A DNA stretch of 64,000 bases from an uncultured Phycisphaerales bacterium (GTDB lineage: Bacteria > Planctomycetota > Phycisphaerae > Tepidisphaerales > Tepidisphaeraceae), in contig CAVWLP010000002.1 in assembly GCA_963755915.1 (NCBI GenBank), forward strand, positions 1,376,001 to 1,440,000. The letters run 5' to 3'. The notes beneath the pieces were generated by a model. It worked only from the letters and a program-made list of their open reading frames with translations. It did not search any database and was not told the origin of the DNA. Of this stretch, positions 18,601 to 32,242 are shown in pieces. How positions within the stretch are numbered: the first letter of the stretch is position 1; the number at the start of each line of letters is the position of its first letter. The position numbers were made by a program, and so were the translations under genes.

Positions 18601-18977
18601 CCCCACCGCGCCGGCGAATCAGAAGTGCCAGCGGTGCGATACAGAGAATTCCCATCGACGCCGGTTCGGGGACCACAAGCGAGAGCAGATAAGCGCTGCT
18701 GCCGATGGACGAGTTATTCATTAATTCCTGGCCATTCAATAATCCGAGGCCGACAACGAATTGTGGATATCCATTCACATCGTCGCCCGAGGTGCTAATA
18801 ACGCTTTGGATCGCATCCCAGCCGTTTGCGGTAAGTCCGCCGTTGACAAGCGTGCCAAGGTGTCATGGGGCGCGCAAAACCGGCCAATTGAGGGCGCGCC
18901 AAAACCGGCCATTTTGAGGCACAGGAGATTGGGTTATCGACCTTGGCTTTCGGCGGTTGCCGCAAGCCAATGGTGGG

Positions 18978-20658
18978 ATGGCCAATCAACTCAAGATGGC
19001 GGAAGTACAAGCAATTTTGGCACTTGCGCAGCGGCTGGTCCAATCGGAACATCGCCCGCCAACTCGGCGTTCACCGGGAGACCGTTGGACGCCACATCCG
19101 GTTGTCGGGCGGCGATCCTGCGGCGCCCGGATCGGATTCAAAACCGGCCAGCGCGCCCTCGGCTCGACGGTGCTCGCCGCAGGCGGCTCGACGGTGCTCG
19201 CCGCAGGCGGCTCGACGGTGCTCGCCGCAGGCGGCTCGGAGAGCGCGCCCACCGGGTTATCCGGCGCGCCCATCGGGTCGGTCAGTACGGCATCGCCCTG
19301 GCGTGAGGTCATTGTTCAGAAGTTGGAAGCCGGGCTGACGGCCCAGCGGATTTATCAAGACATCTCCAGCGATCACGGCTATGCCGGCAGCTATTACAGC
19401 GTGCGCCGGTTCATCAAGAAGCTCTCGGCTGCCGCGCCGGCGCCCTTTCGCCGGATGGAATGCGAGCCGGGAGCCGAGGCGCAGGTGGACTTCGGCCGGG
19501 GTGCGCCCTGGTCGGTCCTGACGGCAAACGCAAAGCAACCTGGGTCTTCCGCATTGTGCTGAGCCACAGCCGCAAGGGGTACGCCGAGGCGGTGGAGCGG
19601 CAGACGACCGATGATTTTCTGCGTTGTCTGGAAAATGCCTTTACGCACTTCGGCGGGATGCCGTCAGCGCTGGTGATCGACAATCTTCGCGCGGCGGTGA
19701 CGCGGGCGGACTGGTTCGAGGCGGAGTTGTGTCCCAAGGTCCGGTCGTTCGCCGAACATTATGGAATCGCCATTCTGCCCACCAAGCCGTACACGCCGCG
19801 GCACAAGGGGAAGATCGAGCGGGGCATCGGCTATGTGAAGAGCAATGCTCTCAAAGGCCGGCAATTCGCCTCGCTCTCGGATCAGAACGCGCATCTGCTG
19901 ACGTGGGAGAAGAGCGTGGCCGACACGCGCATCCACGGCACGACGCGGCGGCAGGTGAAGGAAGTCTTCGAGCAGGTAGAGAAGCCGGCACTGTTGGCTC
20001 TGCCGCCGGTGCGATTCGATCTTTTCACCGAGGCGTTGCGCAGTGTTCACCGCGACGGGCACGTGGAGATCAAGGGGGCGTACTATTCGGTCCCGCCGGA
20101 GTTTTTGGGCCAGCGGGTCTGGGCGCGGTGGGACGGCGCACGGTCCGGCTGTTCGATCAGAAGATGCGTGCGATCGCTCTGCACGCGCAGCGTCCGCCGG
20201 GCAGGTTCTCGACGCAAGACGCCCATATCCTGCCGGAGAAGATCAGCGGCATCGAGCGTGGAACGACCTGGCTTCTCCAGCGGATCGAATGCATCGGGCC
20301 GCACGCCACGCAGTGGGCGCAGTCAATGCTTCAGCATCGCGGCATCGAAGGCGTGCGCGTGTTGATGGGGCTGCTGTCGCTGGCCAATCAGCAGCCGCGA
20401 CCGGCCGTGGAACGAGCCTGCGAGATTGCTCTGGGGCATGGCGCGTATCACCTGCGCTCCCTGCGGCAGCTCATCGAACACCAAAACGGCGCGCCGGTTC
20501 AACAACACTTCGAGTTTGTTCAGGAACATCCAATCATCCGCGGACTGGCCGATTACGGACAGTTCGTACGCGACGCAATCACCCAAGCGGAGGCTTTGCC
20601 TGCCGCACAACCTTTACAGGCCTGCCCTGAGCAGAGCCGAAGGGAGTCCACCCCATGA
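18978..20658 (+). CDS. istA: IS21 transposase IstA (several apparent frameshifts)
   Basis: HTH NRNIARQLGVHRETV; EPGAEAQVDFG; VIDNLR; KGKIERGIGYVK; RIHGTT. Confidence 0.88.
19161..19238 (+). repeat. 24-bp in-frame tandem repeat x3 (GSTVLAAG) in the IstA linker
   Basis: ggctcgacggtgctcgccgcaggc repeated three times. Confidence 0.9.
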
Positions 20659-21545
20659 GACCTTCGTTGATGCAGACGCTCAAGCAACTTCGGCTTTCAG
20701 GTCTGGCGAGCAGCCTTGAAGTTCGCCTGAGCGAGGCGGCCGGCAATCGGCTCGACCACAGTGAGTTTTTGGAACTGATCCTTCAGGATGAACTGAACGT
20801 CCGATCCAGCCGGCAGATCGGCCGGCGCGTCAAGGCGGCGATGTTCCGCGACACCAAAAACCTCGACGAGTTCGACTTCTCCTTCAACACCTCCATCAAA
20901 CGCAAACAGATTCACGATCTGGCCGCCGGCCAGTTCATTCGTGACAAACGTGACGTGCTCTTGCTGGGTCCGCCCGGCGTGGGCAAATCGTTTTTGGCCC
21001 AGGCCATCGGACACCAGGCGATCAAGAGCGGCTTGGTGGTCCTGTACCGATCCATCTTCGACCTGGCCCGCGACTTTTTAGGCGACGAGGATCTGGGAGC
21101 CCAGGACAAGACGCTGGCCCGGTATCTCAAGCCTGATCTGCTTATCATCGACGACATGGGAATGAAGCAGCTTCCGCGGCGCAGCGGCGAATGCCTGCTG
21201 GAGATCGTCATGCGCCGGCACGAGAACCGCTCGACGATGATGACCAGCAACCGTCCACTGGAGGACTGGGCCAAGCTGATCGGCGACGTGCCGGCGGCCA
21301 CGGCCATTCTGGATCGGTTCCTGCAGCACGCCACGATCATCAACATCACCGGCAAGAGCTACCGCCTTCGGCATGGGGGCCATTCGACTTCGCTCACGGC
21401 AGGCCAATCCGGGACACCGGAAAAGACAAATCCAAAAGGACGGCGGAGTACCGCCGGCGATGAAGGGTGCTCCCCCCCGGAAGACACCGTGACAGAGCCG
21501 CCGTTGTCTTCTGATGTGGGGGTATCCGCCGGCCAGACGGCGTGA
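20655..21545 (+). CDS. istB: IS21 helper ATPase IstB
   Basis: GPPGVGKS, LLIIDDMG, TSNRP, AILDR, GKSYR. Confidence 0.95.
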   Translation: MRPSLMQTLKQLRLSGLASSLEVRLSEAAGNRLDHSEFLELILQDELNVRSSRQIGRRVKAAMFRDTKNLDEFDFSFNTSIKRKQIHDLAAGQFIRDKRDVLLLGPPGVGKSFLAQAIGHQAIKSGLVVLYRSIFDLARDFLGDEDLGAQDKTLARYLKPDLLIIDDMGMKQLPRRSGECLLEIVMRRHENRSTMMTSNRPLEDWAKLIGDVPAATAILDRFLQHATIINITGKSYRLRHGGHSTSLTAGQSGTPEKTNPKGRRSTAGDEGCSPPEDTVTEPPLSSDVGVSAGQTA

Positions 21546-23711
21546 ACGGGGACCAATAACTCAAGGAACAGTTGCGTCGGATAGAACGGATGCGGTATAG
21601 AATACGTCAGCACATTGGCCGGTTTTGAAGCGCCCCGCCCTGGCTGGTTTTGGCGCGCCCCGTGACACCAAGGTCATGGAAACCGTTGGACTCGCTCCAG
21701 TAGAAGGCGTCTATCCCTTCAAGGGTGGAACCATTGTATAGGTCGTAATAGCCAAGGACTGCGCCCGAGTCGGTCAGAACCTCAGGGTATGTGTCGCTGT
21801 CGCCATTGGCGCTATCGACGCTGAACTGAAGCAGGTCCGTGGAATCCGTGGCGCTGTCGAAAAACCAAGCGTCCTGGCCCAGAGAATTGCCAGTCGAGTT
21901 GTAACGATCGGAGTTTCCAATGACATCACCTGCAGCGTTCATCTGAGATATATAACTGGTTTCGTAGGTTCCGCCGGAGGTGATATAGCTGTCGCCGGCC
22001 CCGTTCACGACGATTTGCTCAGTGGTGGAACCGTTGTAATACCACGCGTCCTGTCCGAGAGGAGCCCCGCTCGAACTAAATCGCTGTGAATAACCAAGCA
22101 CATCACCCGCGTTATTAATCAATGCTGGGGAACTGTTTTGATAAGTTCCCCCCGAGGCGGGATAGCTGTAGTTCGTCCCCGTCAGGCCGATTTGCTGGGT
22201 GGTGGACCCGTTGTAATACCAGGTGTCATAGCCGAGAGAGGCTCCGCTCGAACTAAATCGCTGTGAATAACCAACCACATTCCCCGCGGAATTGATATCG
22301 TATGGGAAACTGTATTGATATGTTCCTCCCGAAGTGGCATAGCTGTAATTTGCCCCGGTCAATCCGATTTGCTGAGTTGAGGAACCGTTAAAATACCAGG
22401 CGTCGCTCCCGAGTGAGCCCCCACTGGAGTTATAGCGAAGCGATTGTCCAAGGACTTCTCCTGTCGCGTTGATCGCAAAGTCGTTACTGGATTCGTAGGT
22501 TCCTCCAGTTGTGGCGTAACTGTAGTTCGTGCCAGTCAAGCCGATTTGCTGCGTGGAGGAGCCATTGGAATACCATGAGTCATATCCAAGAAAATTTCCG
22601 GCGGAGCTATAGCGTTTGGAGTATCCGTCGATATCTCCCGCGTCGTCCATGGTGCTGTCGGCCGCCCATTCATATGTTCCACCAGTGGTGGAATAGCTGT
22701 AGTTAGGCCCGGTCAGTCCGATTTGCTGAGTCGTGGAACCGTTAAAATACCACGAGTCTATACCGAGATTATTTCCGCTGGTGCCATAGCGATACGAACT
22801 TCCGCTGACATCCCCGGCGGTACTGACCTGCCATGGCATGCTGTCTTCGTAGCTGCCGCCCGAAGCCGCGTAGCTATAATTTGTCCCAATCAGACCGATC
22901 TGCTGGGTGGAGGTGCCGTTGAAATACCACGAGTCATCGCCGAGCGCGGTTCCGGTGGTGCTATAGCGATTGGAAGTTCCGATGACATCATTCGTGCTGT
23001 TAATCTTGTCGGGAGTGCTGAATTCGTAGGTTCCGCCTGAGGCTGCGTAGCCATAGTTCGTCCCTATCAATCCGATTTGCTGCGTCGAGGAGCCATTAAA
23101 AAACCAGGCGTCCTGTCCGAGAGAACTGCCACTGGAGCTGTAACGCGCGGAATCGCCGATTAAATCCCCCACCGGATTGAAGTTGGAAACTACCTCAATG
23201 GATTGATTGCCATCGTAGGAATAAATTGTTCCGGTAAGCCCGAGTTCCTGAATCGAATAAACTGCGGAAGCAAGGGCCAGCGGGGCGGTAGACGCGAGCG
23301 CACTGAGGAAGACCACCAGAACGCGCACGACTGCCTGCAAAGAAAATGGCTTTCGCGTGCTCTTCGGAGATGTTTTTAGACTTAATGCCTGGTGCATTTT
23401 CCTCCCATTTCAACAGCTTTGAATTGCGGGATTTCGCCCGATTTCGTGCCAATCCTCCAGGATCTTGGACCAGTATATATTGAACGACCAATGTCCACCA
23501 AGAAAATCCCCTCAAACAAGCATAAGCCGCTGCTAGATTTGCAGATACGCTACGCACCCCGGACATTCATGGACCTGTTTTGTTCAGCGGGGATCGGCTA
23601 ATCGCTTGAGAATTAAGTATTTCGAAAATACGCGAGATAGGCGGTTCGCCGCTCAATCCACGCAAAGGTAGAATCACAGTTGAGATCGGATTTCTCTAGC
23701 GGAGGATAGCC

Positions 23712-24164
23712 ATGTCAGACGTTCGCAACGCGGTGCAGTTCAGCGTTTTTCTGGTGAACAAACCGGGGATCTTGGCCCAGGTTTGCCGGGCGCTGGCGGA
23801 TGAGAAAATCAATGTCGTCGCGATGACCCTGGTGGATTCGCAGGAGCACGGCGTTCTACGGCTTGTGGCCGAGAATCTGAAGGCGACACGAGATGTGCTC
23901 GCGGGGTTGAATCTGCCGATGACGGAGACGGAAGTTTTGTGCGTCGATCTGCCCAACGAATCCGGTGCGCTGGCGGATATCGCGACGATCCTGGGGCAGA
24001 ACCACATCAACATCAATTACGCGTATTGTACCAGCGGGGCGCCAGGCGGCAGAACCACAGGGGTTTTTAAGACGGGGGATCAGGCGAAGGCGACGCATCT
24101 GCTGCAAAAGGGCGGGAAGGCGCACAAGGAGCCGGATTTGCATCGGGCGCGGGGGAGAAGATAG
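23712..24164 (+). CDS. tandem ACT-domain protein
   Basis: QFSVFLVNKPGILAQV; LPNESGALA...NINYAY. Confidence 0.88.
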   Translation: MSDVRNAVQFSVFLVNKPGILAQVCRALADEKINVVAMTLVDSQEHGVLRLVAENLKATRDVLAGLNLPMTETEVLCVDLPNESGALADIATILGQNHININYAYCTSGAPGGRTTGVFKTGDQAKATHLLQKGGKAHKEPDLHRARGRR

Positions 24165-24193
24165 TGTTGGGCTAGACTAGAATTGGTTGCGTC

Positions 24194-24781
24194 ATGACAG
24201 CAATAGTCGGTCCATTTTCGTTGGAGCGAATGGTGAGTGCCGTGGAAAAAGTCCGGCAGCGGCTTCTCAAAGCGGCGGGGGCTTTGCGCGGCGCGAGCGT
24301 GCCTTATGCAGTTGCCGGGGGTAACGCGGTTGCGCTCTGGGTTTCGCGCGTGGATGAAGCCGCGGTGAGAAATACGCAGGATGTAGATGTTTTGCTTCGC
24401 CGTCAGGACTTTGATGCGGCGAAGGTTGCTCTGGAATCGGCGGGGTTTGTCCATCGAGTCGCTGGGGGGCTGGAAATGTTTCTGGATTCACCGACGGGCA
24501 AAGCCCGTGATGCCGTCCATATCGTTTTTGCCAACGAGAAAGTTCGGCCTGAGGAGGCACTGGCGAATCCGGATGTCAGTGAATCGGAAGATGCGGGCCT
24601 GTTTCAAGTCATCGGGCTGGAAGCTCTCGTGCGGATCAAGCTGACCGCTTGGCGCGACAAGGATCGAACCCATTTGCGTGATTTGATCGACGTCGGGCTG
24701 ATCGATGCCACTTGGCGGAATAATCTTCCGCCAGTTCTCGCGGATCGATTGCGGCAGCTCTTGGCCAACCCACAGGGGTGA
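24194..24781 (+). CDS. nucleotidyltransferase-fold protein
   Basis: YAVAGGNAV, RNTQDVDVL, KLTAWRDKD. Confidence 0.7.
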   Translation: MTAIVGPFSLERMVSAVEKVRQRLLKAAGALRGASVPYAVAGGNAVALWVSRVDEAAVRNTQDVDVLLRRQDFDAAKVALESAGFVHRVAGGLEMFLDSPTGKARDAVHIVFANEKVRPEEALANPDVSESEDAGLFQVIGLEALVRIKLTAWRDKDRTHLRDLIDVGLIDATWRNNLPPVLADRLRQLLANPQG

Positions 24782-24784
24782 CGT

Positions 24785-25195
24785 TCAAGGCAACGCCGTG
24801 CAGATGATCGTCCGTCTCCGCGGACGTGTATCGAATTCCATCAATACGATCTGCTGATATTCGCCCGTGAGCAGTTTGCCGTCGGCGAAGGGGATGGAGA
24901 GGCTCGGGCCAACCAGGGCGGCGCGGACGTGGCTGTGGCCGTTGTCGTCGTTCCACGTAGCTTCGTGGAAATAATGCGCGTTGTCGGGGACGAGGCGTTG
25001 AAGCACGTCGGACATATCGTGCTTCACGAGGCCCGACTCATATTCCATGGTGGTCAGCGCCGCGGTGCTGCCCACGAGGAACAGGTGAAGCAACCCTTCC
25101 CCCTTGAGCTTACGCAGGTGGTCGCGCAAGGGGATATGCAGGTTGATAATGTCGCTGTTGCCGTCGGTTTCTACTTCCAGATTAAAGCGCATCAT
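24785..25195 (-). CDS. yjbQ: YjbQ / UPF0047 family protein
   Basis: GSTAALTTMEYE, DNGHSHVRAALVG, GEYQQIVLMEFD. Confidence 0.88.
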   Translation of the reverse strand: MMRFNLEVETDGNSDIINLHIPLRDHLRKLKGEGLLHLFLVGSTAALTTMEYESGLVKHDMSDVLQRLVPDNAHYFHEATWNDDNGHSHVRAALVGPSLSIPFADGKLLTGEYQQIVLMEFDTRPRRRTIICTALP

Positions 25196-25479
25196 GGTTG
25201 GTTCCGGAGAGTACTATAGCACGCGATTTTGATCGGCAAAGCCGCGATGGGAATGTGCATGTTTGCAAAAATCCGTGCAAATAATCCTGGGAAATGGTGA
25301 TTATCGGACATTGCTCTTGTATGCGGATATATTTGGAGTTTATTTGACCCTCTGGAAAAGCGGTGATATATTCACCGGGAGCGCCTGCTGGAGGCGTTCA
25401 CATTACGCTTGTTGCGCAAAGGGTTTAGGGGATTTTTGCAGGGCGGAAGTCCAGATTTCCGCATCAGGGTGGCTGGGAA

Positions 25480-27390
25480 ATGCGTGCCGAAGCGTTCAGC
25501 ACTTTTGAAGATGTAAAGACCCGCGTTTTGCAAGCCACCGATATTGTCGCTCTGGTCGGGCAAAGCGTCCGATTGAAGCGCCGCGGAAAGGATTTTGTCG
25601 GGCTCTGCCCGTTTCACCAGGAAAAGACCCCGTCGTTTTCGGTCAGCCCTTCCAAGCAGCGATTCTATTGCTACGGCTGCGAGAAGGGTGGCAATGCGAT
25701 CGACTTCGTGATGTTCAGCGATCGGGTCGAATTTAAAGACGCCCTGCGAAAGTTGGCCGAGTCGGCGGGAATCGATATGCCGCACCTGCGGCAGACGAAG
25801 GAAACAGTCAGCGAGCGGCAGGTTCTGCTGGAAGCACAGTCGAGTGCCGCGATGTTCTTTGAAAAGTTGCTCTCCCACCCGGAGAGAGGTGCTGCCGCCC
25901 GGAAGTACCTGGTGGAACGCGGGTTCGACGCGGAGTCGATCAAGCGGTTCCGCATCGGACTGGCGGCAGATAGCTGGGACGCGCTGCTTACGAGCGTGGC
26001 GATGAAGAAATTCACACCGCCGCAAATGGCGCTGGCCGGGCTGGCTAAAGCCCGCGAGCGTCAGGACGGCGCCAGTGGCGGATTTTACGACACGTTTCGA
26101 AATCGGCTCATGTTTCCGATTCGCGATGAAGGCGGCCGCGTGATCGCCTTCGGCGGGCGCGTCATGCCGGGGTCGGAAGATCCCGCGAAATATCTCAATA
26201 GCCCCGAGACGCCCCTGTTTTCGAAGAGCCGGTGCATTTTTGGGATTGATCTGGCCCGGCCGAAGATCGTCGAAACGCGGACGGCGGCAGTTGTTGAAGG
26301 GTACACCGATGTGGTGATGGCGCATCAGTTCGGCGTCAGCAACGTCGTATCGGTGCTCGGCACAGCCCTGACGGAACATCACGTGGCGATCCTCCGGCGA
26401 TTTGCCGATCGGATCGTCCTGGTCTTCGACGGCGACCTCGCGGGTGACAACGCCGCCAACCGGGCCATGGAGCTCTTTTTGAGCCAGCCGGTGGAAATTG
26501 CCATTGCCTCGCTGCCGGATGGGATGGACCCGGATGAATTTCTGCTGAAAAACGGTGCCGAGGCGTTCAATAAATTTTTGGCCGATGCAACGGATGCGCT
26601 GACATATAAATGGAGACAGTTGGTTCAGCGGTTGAAAGAAAATAGCGGCCTAACGTCTCGGCAGGAGGCGGTTCAGCAATATCTGGAGACGCTTGCCGCC
26701 GCACGAGGTTCAGCAGCGGTCGATCCGATTCGCTGGGGCGCGGCCCTGGCACGAGTCAGCCGCCTTACCGAAACCCCCATGGAGGAGTTAAACCAGAGGT
26801 TTCGGATAAAGACGGCAAGGAAGCGACCGGCGGCAACCGGAGCAGCCAATGGAGTAGCTGGGACCGCTCAAGTTGGCGAGGCCGATCAGCCGAAAAGCAA
26901 TGTCTCAGCCACACGGTTGACCGCACGCCAGCGGGCAGAGGGTTTTATTCTGGGACTGTTGCTGTCCGAACCGCAACGCTGGCATAAAATTCAGCAAGAG
27001 CTTAAGCCAGGCGACTTTACGGATGATTCGCTGCGCCGCCTCGCCGAGATGTTCTGGCAGCATTCGCAGGATGAGGGAGAGCCGGTTTTCAACGAGTTTT
27101 TGAATTTGATATCGGACGTTGAATTGAAAAGCGCCGCTGTAAAATGGGCCAATGAATCCGGAGATGCAATTGAGAAAGATCGATACCTCGCGGACTCTTT
27201 AGGGCATATAATGAGACAGAGGGAAATCGAGGAAAGGAAACGGCTGGTCGTTGGACTGCGTCAAACGGCCGGGCCCTCAGGAGTCAACGGGCCGGAAGTT
27301 AAGCAGGGTGATGTGTCGGCAGACATTGAAACCCTGCGTAAATTGCAGGAAAAAGCTCGTCATCCGGACCTGATGCGTGTTACTCTGTAA
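25480..27390 (+). CDS. dnaG: DNA primase
   Basis: CPFHQEKTPSF zinc finger, FGGR, KYLNSPET, VVEGYTD, FDGD, DPDE. Confidence 0.97.
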   Translation: MRAEAFSTFEDVKTRVLQATDIVALVGQSVRLKRRGKDFVGLCPFHQEKTPSFSVSPSKQRFYCYGCEKGGNAIDFVMFSDRVEFKDALRKLAESAGIDMPHLRQTKETVSERQVLLEAQSSAAMFFEKLLSHPERGAAARKYLVERGFDAESIKRFRIGLAADSWDALLTSVAMKKFTPPQMALAGLAKARERQDGASGGFYDTFRNRLMFPIRDEGGRVIAFGGRVMPGSEDPAKYLNSPETPLFSKSRCIFGIDLARPKIVETRTAAVVEGYTDVVMAHQFGVSNVVSVLGTALTEHHVAILRRFADRIVLVFDGDLAGDNAANRAMELFLSQPVEIAIASLPDGMDPDEFLLKNGAEAFNKFLADATDALTYKWRQLVQRLKENSGLTSRQEAVQQYLETLAAARGSAAVDPIRWGAALARVSRLTETPMEELNQRFRIKTARKRPAATGAANGVAGTAQVGEADQPKSNVSATRLTARQRAEGFILGLLLSEPQRWHKIQQELKPGDFTDDSLRRLAEMFWQHSQDEGEPVFNEFLNLISDVELKSAAVKWANESGDAIEKDRYLADSLGHIMRQREIEERKRLVVGLRQTAGPSGVNGPEVKQGDVSADIETLRKLQEKARHPDLMRVTL

Positions 27391-27623
27391 GCAGGTGAAC
27401 CCTCGCCGGTGGCTCACATGGGCTGCCATGCGGGTTCGTGCGAGCGGGTTCATGGGCGGGACGGGCTTGGTTTGAAAAACTAAATATCGGGAATGAATGT
27501 TGGGTTCGCGTTGCAACGATCAGGAATAGCCCTGAAATCGTTGGCCCGGCTCCGCGTCATTATCAGCGGATTTGGCCGCCAGCCAAAGAACGCTGTGGCA
27601 ACTGGAAAGTGGTCGTTAAGGAC

Positions 27624-29434
<1,811 letters not shown>

Positions 29435-29465
29435 GTTGTCATTATATTTTGAAGATTAAGGAACA

Positions 29466-29497
29466 GGGCGGCGCGCACAGCGCCGCCCTTTCTTTTG
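29466..29497 (+). terminator. intrinsic terminator after rpoD
   Basis: GGGCGGCGC-gcaca-GCGCCGCCC followed by TTTCTTTT. Confidence 0.85.
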
Positions 29498-29501
29498 TGC
29501 T

Positions 29502-30622
29502 CTATCTTGTCGCGGAAAGCTCATGCGGAATCGCCCCGACGAGCACGGATGAATCAGCCGGCGTCAACTGGAGCTGCCGCGTAACCTGGTCCATCCGGCT
29601 TATGAAGTGAGTCTGGAACGTATCGCCCAGCAGATCATCGATGTGGCCGCTCAAACCGTCGGGCAGCACGATGCACGTCACGTTGCGAACGGTGAATCCG
29701 CCGAGCCGAATCGATTTGAGCGTTGCCTGGTGGACCTTGACGGTGTCCGTACCAGCCGTACCCACTTCGAAAGTGGGGTCCTGATCGGTGAAGTGGATGC
29801 CCAGTTGTTTAGCGGTATTGGCGCTGATCGCCATCTGGTCGGCGCCGGAATCCCACATCATTTCATCGGTCACGCTGCCGTTGATAACGGCCTGGACATA
29901 GAGTTCGTCGTTGCTGGGGTCGCGGCGCACCGGGACCGGCGAATCGACCACATCCTTCACCGCCTTGCGCAGGAAATCCAGGTCGGCGGCGAAGTCCGGC
30001 GTAGGACCCAGCTTCAGGGGCGGCTGAGTGTTCAGGTTGGCGGTGGTGATCGCCTGTGTCAACGATCGATCCTGCGCCAGTGTCGCATAGGCCCTGGCAA
30101 TGGATTCCCCCTGCCCGGCGACGTCCATCACGAGATTTGTATAAGCCGCCCGTGAATCCGGCACCTGCCCGAGCTTGGCCGTGGCGTCGTCCAGGTCCTT
30201 CTGCTGGCTGTCGATGTTGGCGGTGAGCGAGTTGTGCAACTCCGCGGCGGCGTTATACAGGTCGATCACCTGCGAATAAGCGGGATCGTCCTTGCTCAGG
30301 CTCCGCGACTGCGTGATGTATTGGTTGAGTTGATTGTCGTCGACAAGCAGCTTGTCTGTCAGTCCATCGAGATTTCGCCGGTCGCCCTGGATCTCAAAAC
30401 GCAGGTCGCGGCGCGAGATCGTCTCGGCATGAACCGCGTCGGCGCTGTGCTTCACCTGCCCAACGCGGTCATGGAATCCTGACTCGTAGGGAAGCACAAG
30501 CCAGGAGTCGGACACCGACAGCCCGCAGTTTTCAAATACCGTTTGCGGGGGCAGAGAGTCATCCTGCGCAGCCCAAGCGCGAAGGCGAGAATTAAAGCCG
30601 CAACTAATCGGGCTCGTTTCAT
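29502..30622 (-). CDS. secreted coiled-coil + retropepsin-like (clan AA) aspartyl protease (frameshift near the N-terminus)
   Basis: Signal MKRARLVAALILAFA; LYVQAVING, MMWDSGAD, AKQLG, LLG. Confidence 0.75.
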
Positions 30623-30630
30623 AATTCCCA

Positions 30631-32187
30631 TTACTGGAACAAGCATATCTCCGCGAAGCCCGGGTGCTGCGTGCCGGCGCCGACGGAGAAGATATCGAAA
30701 CGAATCCACTTGACAGTATGCGAGGTGAAGTGCAAAGCGAGGGGTGTTCCGTCCGTCGGCAGCTCGCCGAAAGGCACGGTGCTCCCGTCGTTGAAAACCA
30801 TCTGGCCGCTGACGATGTGGTCGGATCCATCGGGGCGGTCCCACATTTTGGCTGAGCTGATGGATACGGGCTGATCCCAGGTGAGGGTGATGGATCCGGT
30901 TGGCTGGTCGCAGGCCCATTCGTTGCGCGGATTGTCGGGCGCGCCGGCGACGATGCCGTCGATGGCGCCGCGGGGTGGATCCGTCCATTGTCGAGCTGGC
31001 GGTCGCAGTGGCGAGGCGGCCCAGATCAAAGTCTTTGGGCCGGGAGGGCGGGCGGTAGGCCGGCGACTGGGAATTTGGCTGCGAATTCTGCTGAGAAGCG
31101 AAGACGGGTTCGCCGATCGCCCCGATGTCAACCGAGGAATCGATCGGCGTCAACTGAAGTTTGCCGCTTTGCTGATCCAGCCGGCTCAGGAAATGGCTCT
31201 GGAAACTGTTGCCCAGAAGGTCCGAGCCTTCCATCACCACGCACTCGACGCTGTGCAGCGTGAAAGGACCGAGCTGAACGGAATCGAGCACAGCCTTTTT
31301 TGCCTTGATGGTCGCTCCATTAGCGATCGTGATTTCAATCGAGGGACTTTTATCGTTCAGGTCCAGGCCAAGCGCCGCGGCGGTATCACGACTCAACTGC
31401 GTATCTGAACAACCGGAATCCCAGGTCATCGAAACCGTCAATTTTCCGTTGATGATCGGCAGGACGTGAAGCCCGCCAATCGTGTTGGCTTTTTGCACGG
31501 CCACCCAGGCGCTGACAATCCTTTGTGCCGAATCGTGCAGAAATTGCTGATCTTCGGTGAACTGAGGCGAAGGCCCCAGCGTCAGCGCCTGGTCGGCATT
31601 GGCGTTCGCCTGGGCGATGGCGGCGCTCAGCACGTCATTCTGCGCCAAATGCGAATAGGTCTGGACAATCGCGTCGGCCTTGGCCTGCGCGTCCATGATC
31701 CCGCCGATGAACCGCGCCCGCGCTTCCTCGACCTGGCTCTCGCGCTGTGAGAGGCCGTCGAGCATTTCCTGCTCCCTGACCAGTTTCGACCATAACTGAT
31801 CGGATTGCGTTATCGTGCGGTTCATGGCGTCGATCGAATCGTTGTCGGTCTTGCCCTTGAAACCGTTGATCGTCTTCAGCAGCGACGCGCGCTGGTCGGC
31901 AATCGCCTCTATCGTATTTTGTCCCTGGATCAATTCGGGCTGCAGGCTTCGATGCGTGCTGGTCGCGCTCCGTACCGCTTCGTCAGATTGCTGAAGCGCC
32001 CAAACGCGGTTATGCACATCGCTTTCGGCCTGGAGCACCAGCCACTTGCCGTCGCGCACCAGGCCGTCGGTCCGGAAAATGTCGTCAGGGGTTATGCTGG
32101 TGGTGTCCGCGCGGATTGCCGCTGCCGCTGTTGCGACCAGGCGCAAATCGCGACGCGAAAGAACCCCGATTTCCCTTTTGTAAGCAT
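30631..32187 (-). CDS. paralogous secreted retropepsin-like protease with C-terminal discoidin-like domain (frameshifts)
   Basis: MTWDSGCSD, IANG, LLGNSFQSHF; tail ATATASST/AIDG/NEWA/MWDRP/GFAEI. Confidence 0.7.
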
Positions 32188-32242
32188 TGGACGCTGAAAC
32201 GATACCACACCGTGGCGAAGTATGTCTATTGGATTCAGCGAT

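Larger units (their letters stand above)
18861..21667 (+). mobile_element. IS21-family insertion sequence, ~2.8 kb
   Basis: TGTCA...TGACA ends with repeated AAAACCGGCCA boxes; 6-bp TSD CCAAGG at 18855-18860 and 21668-21673. Confidence 0.93.
18578..23397 (-). pseudogene. PEP-CTERM surface protein with ~57-aa repeats, split by IS21
   Basis: The N-part (21668-23397) has repeated QQIGLTG.NYSY...GGTYE units; removing IS21 restores the frame FHDLG|TLVNGGL...VVPEPASMGILCIAPLALLIRRR. Confidence 0.88.

Noticed and set aside
21900-23200. Regularly spaced DNA repeats (~171 bp)
   Set aside because: They are codon-degenerate protein repeats within the PEP-CTERM gene, not an array
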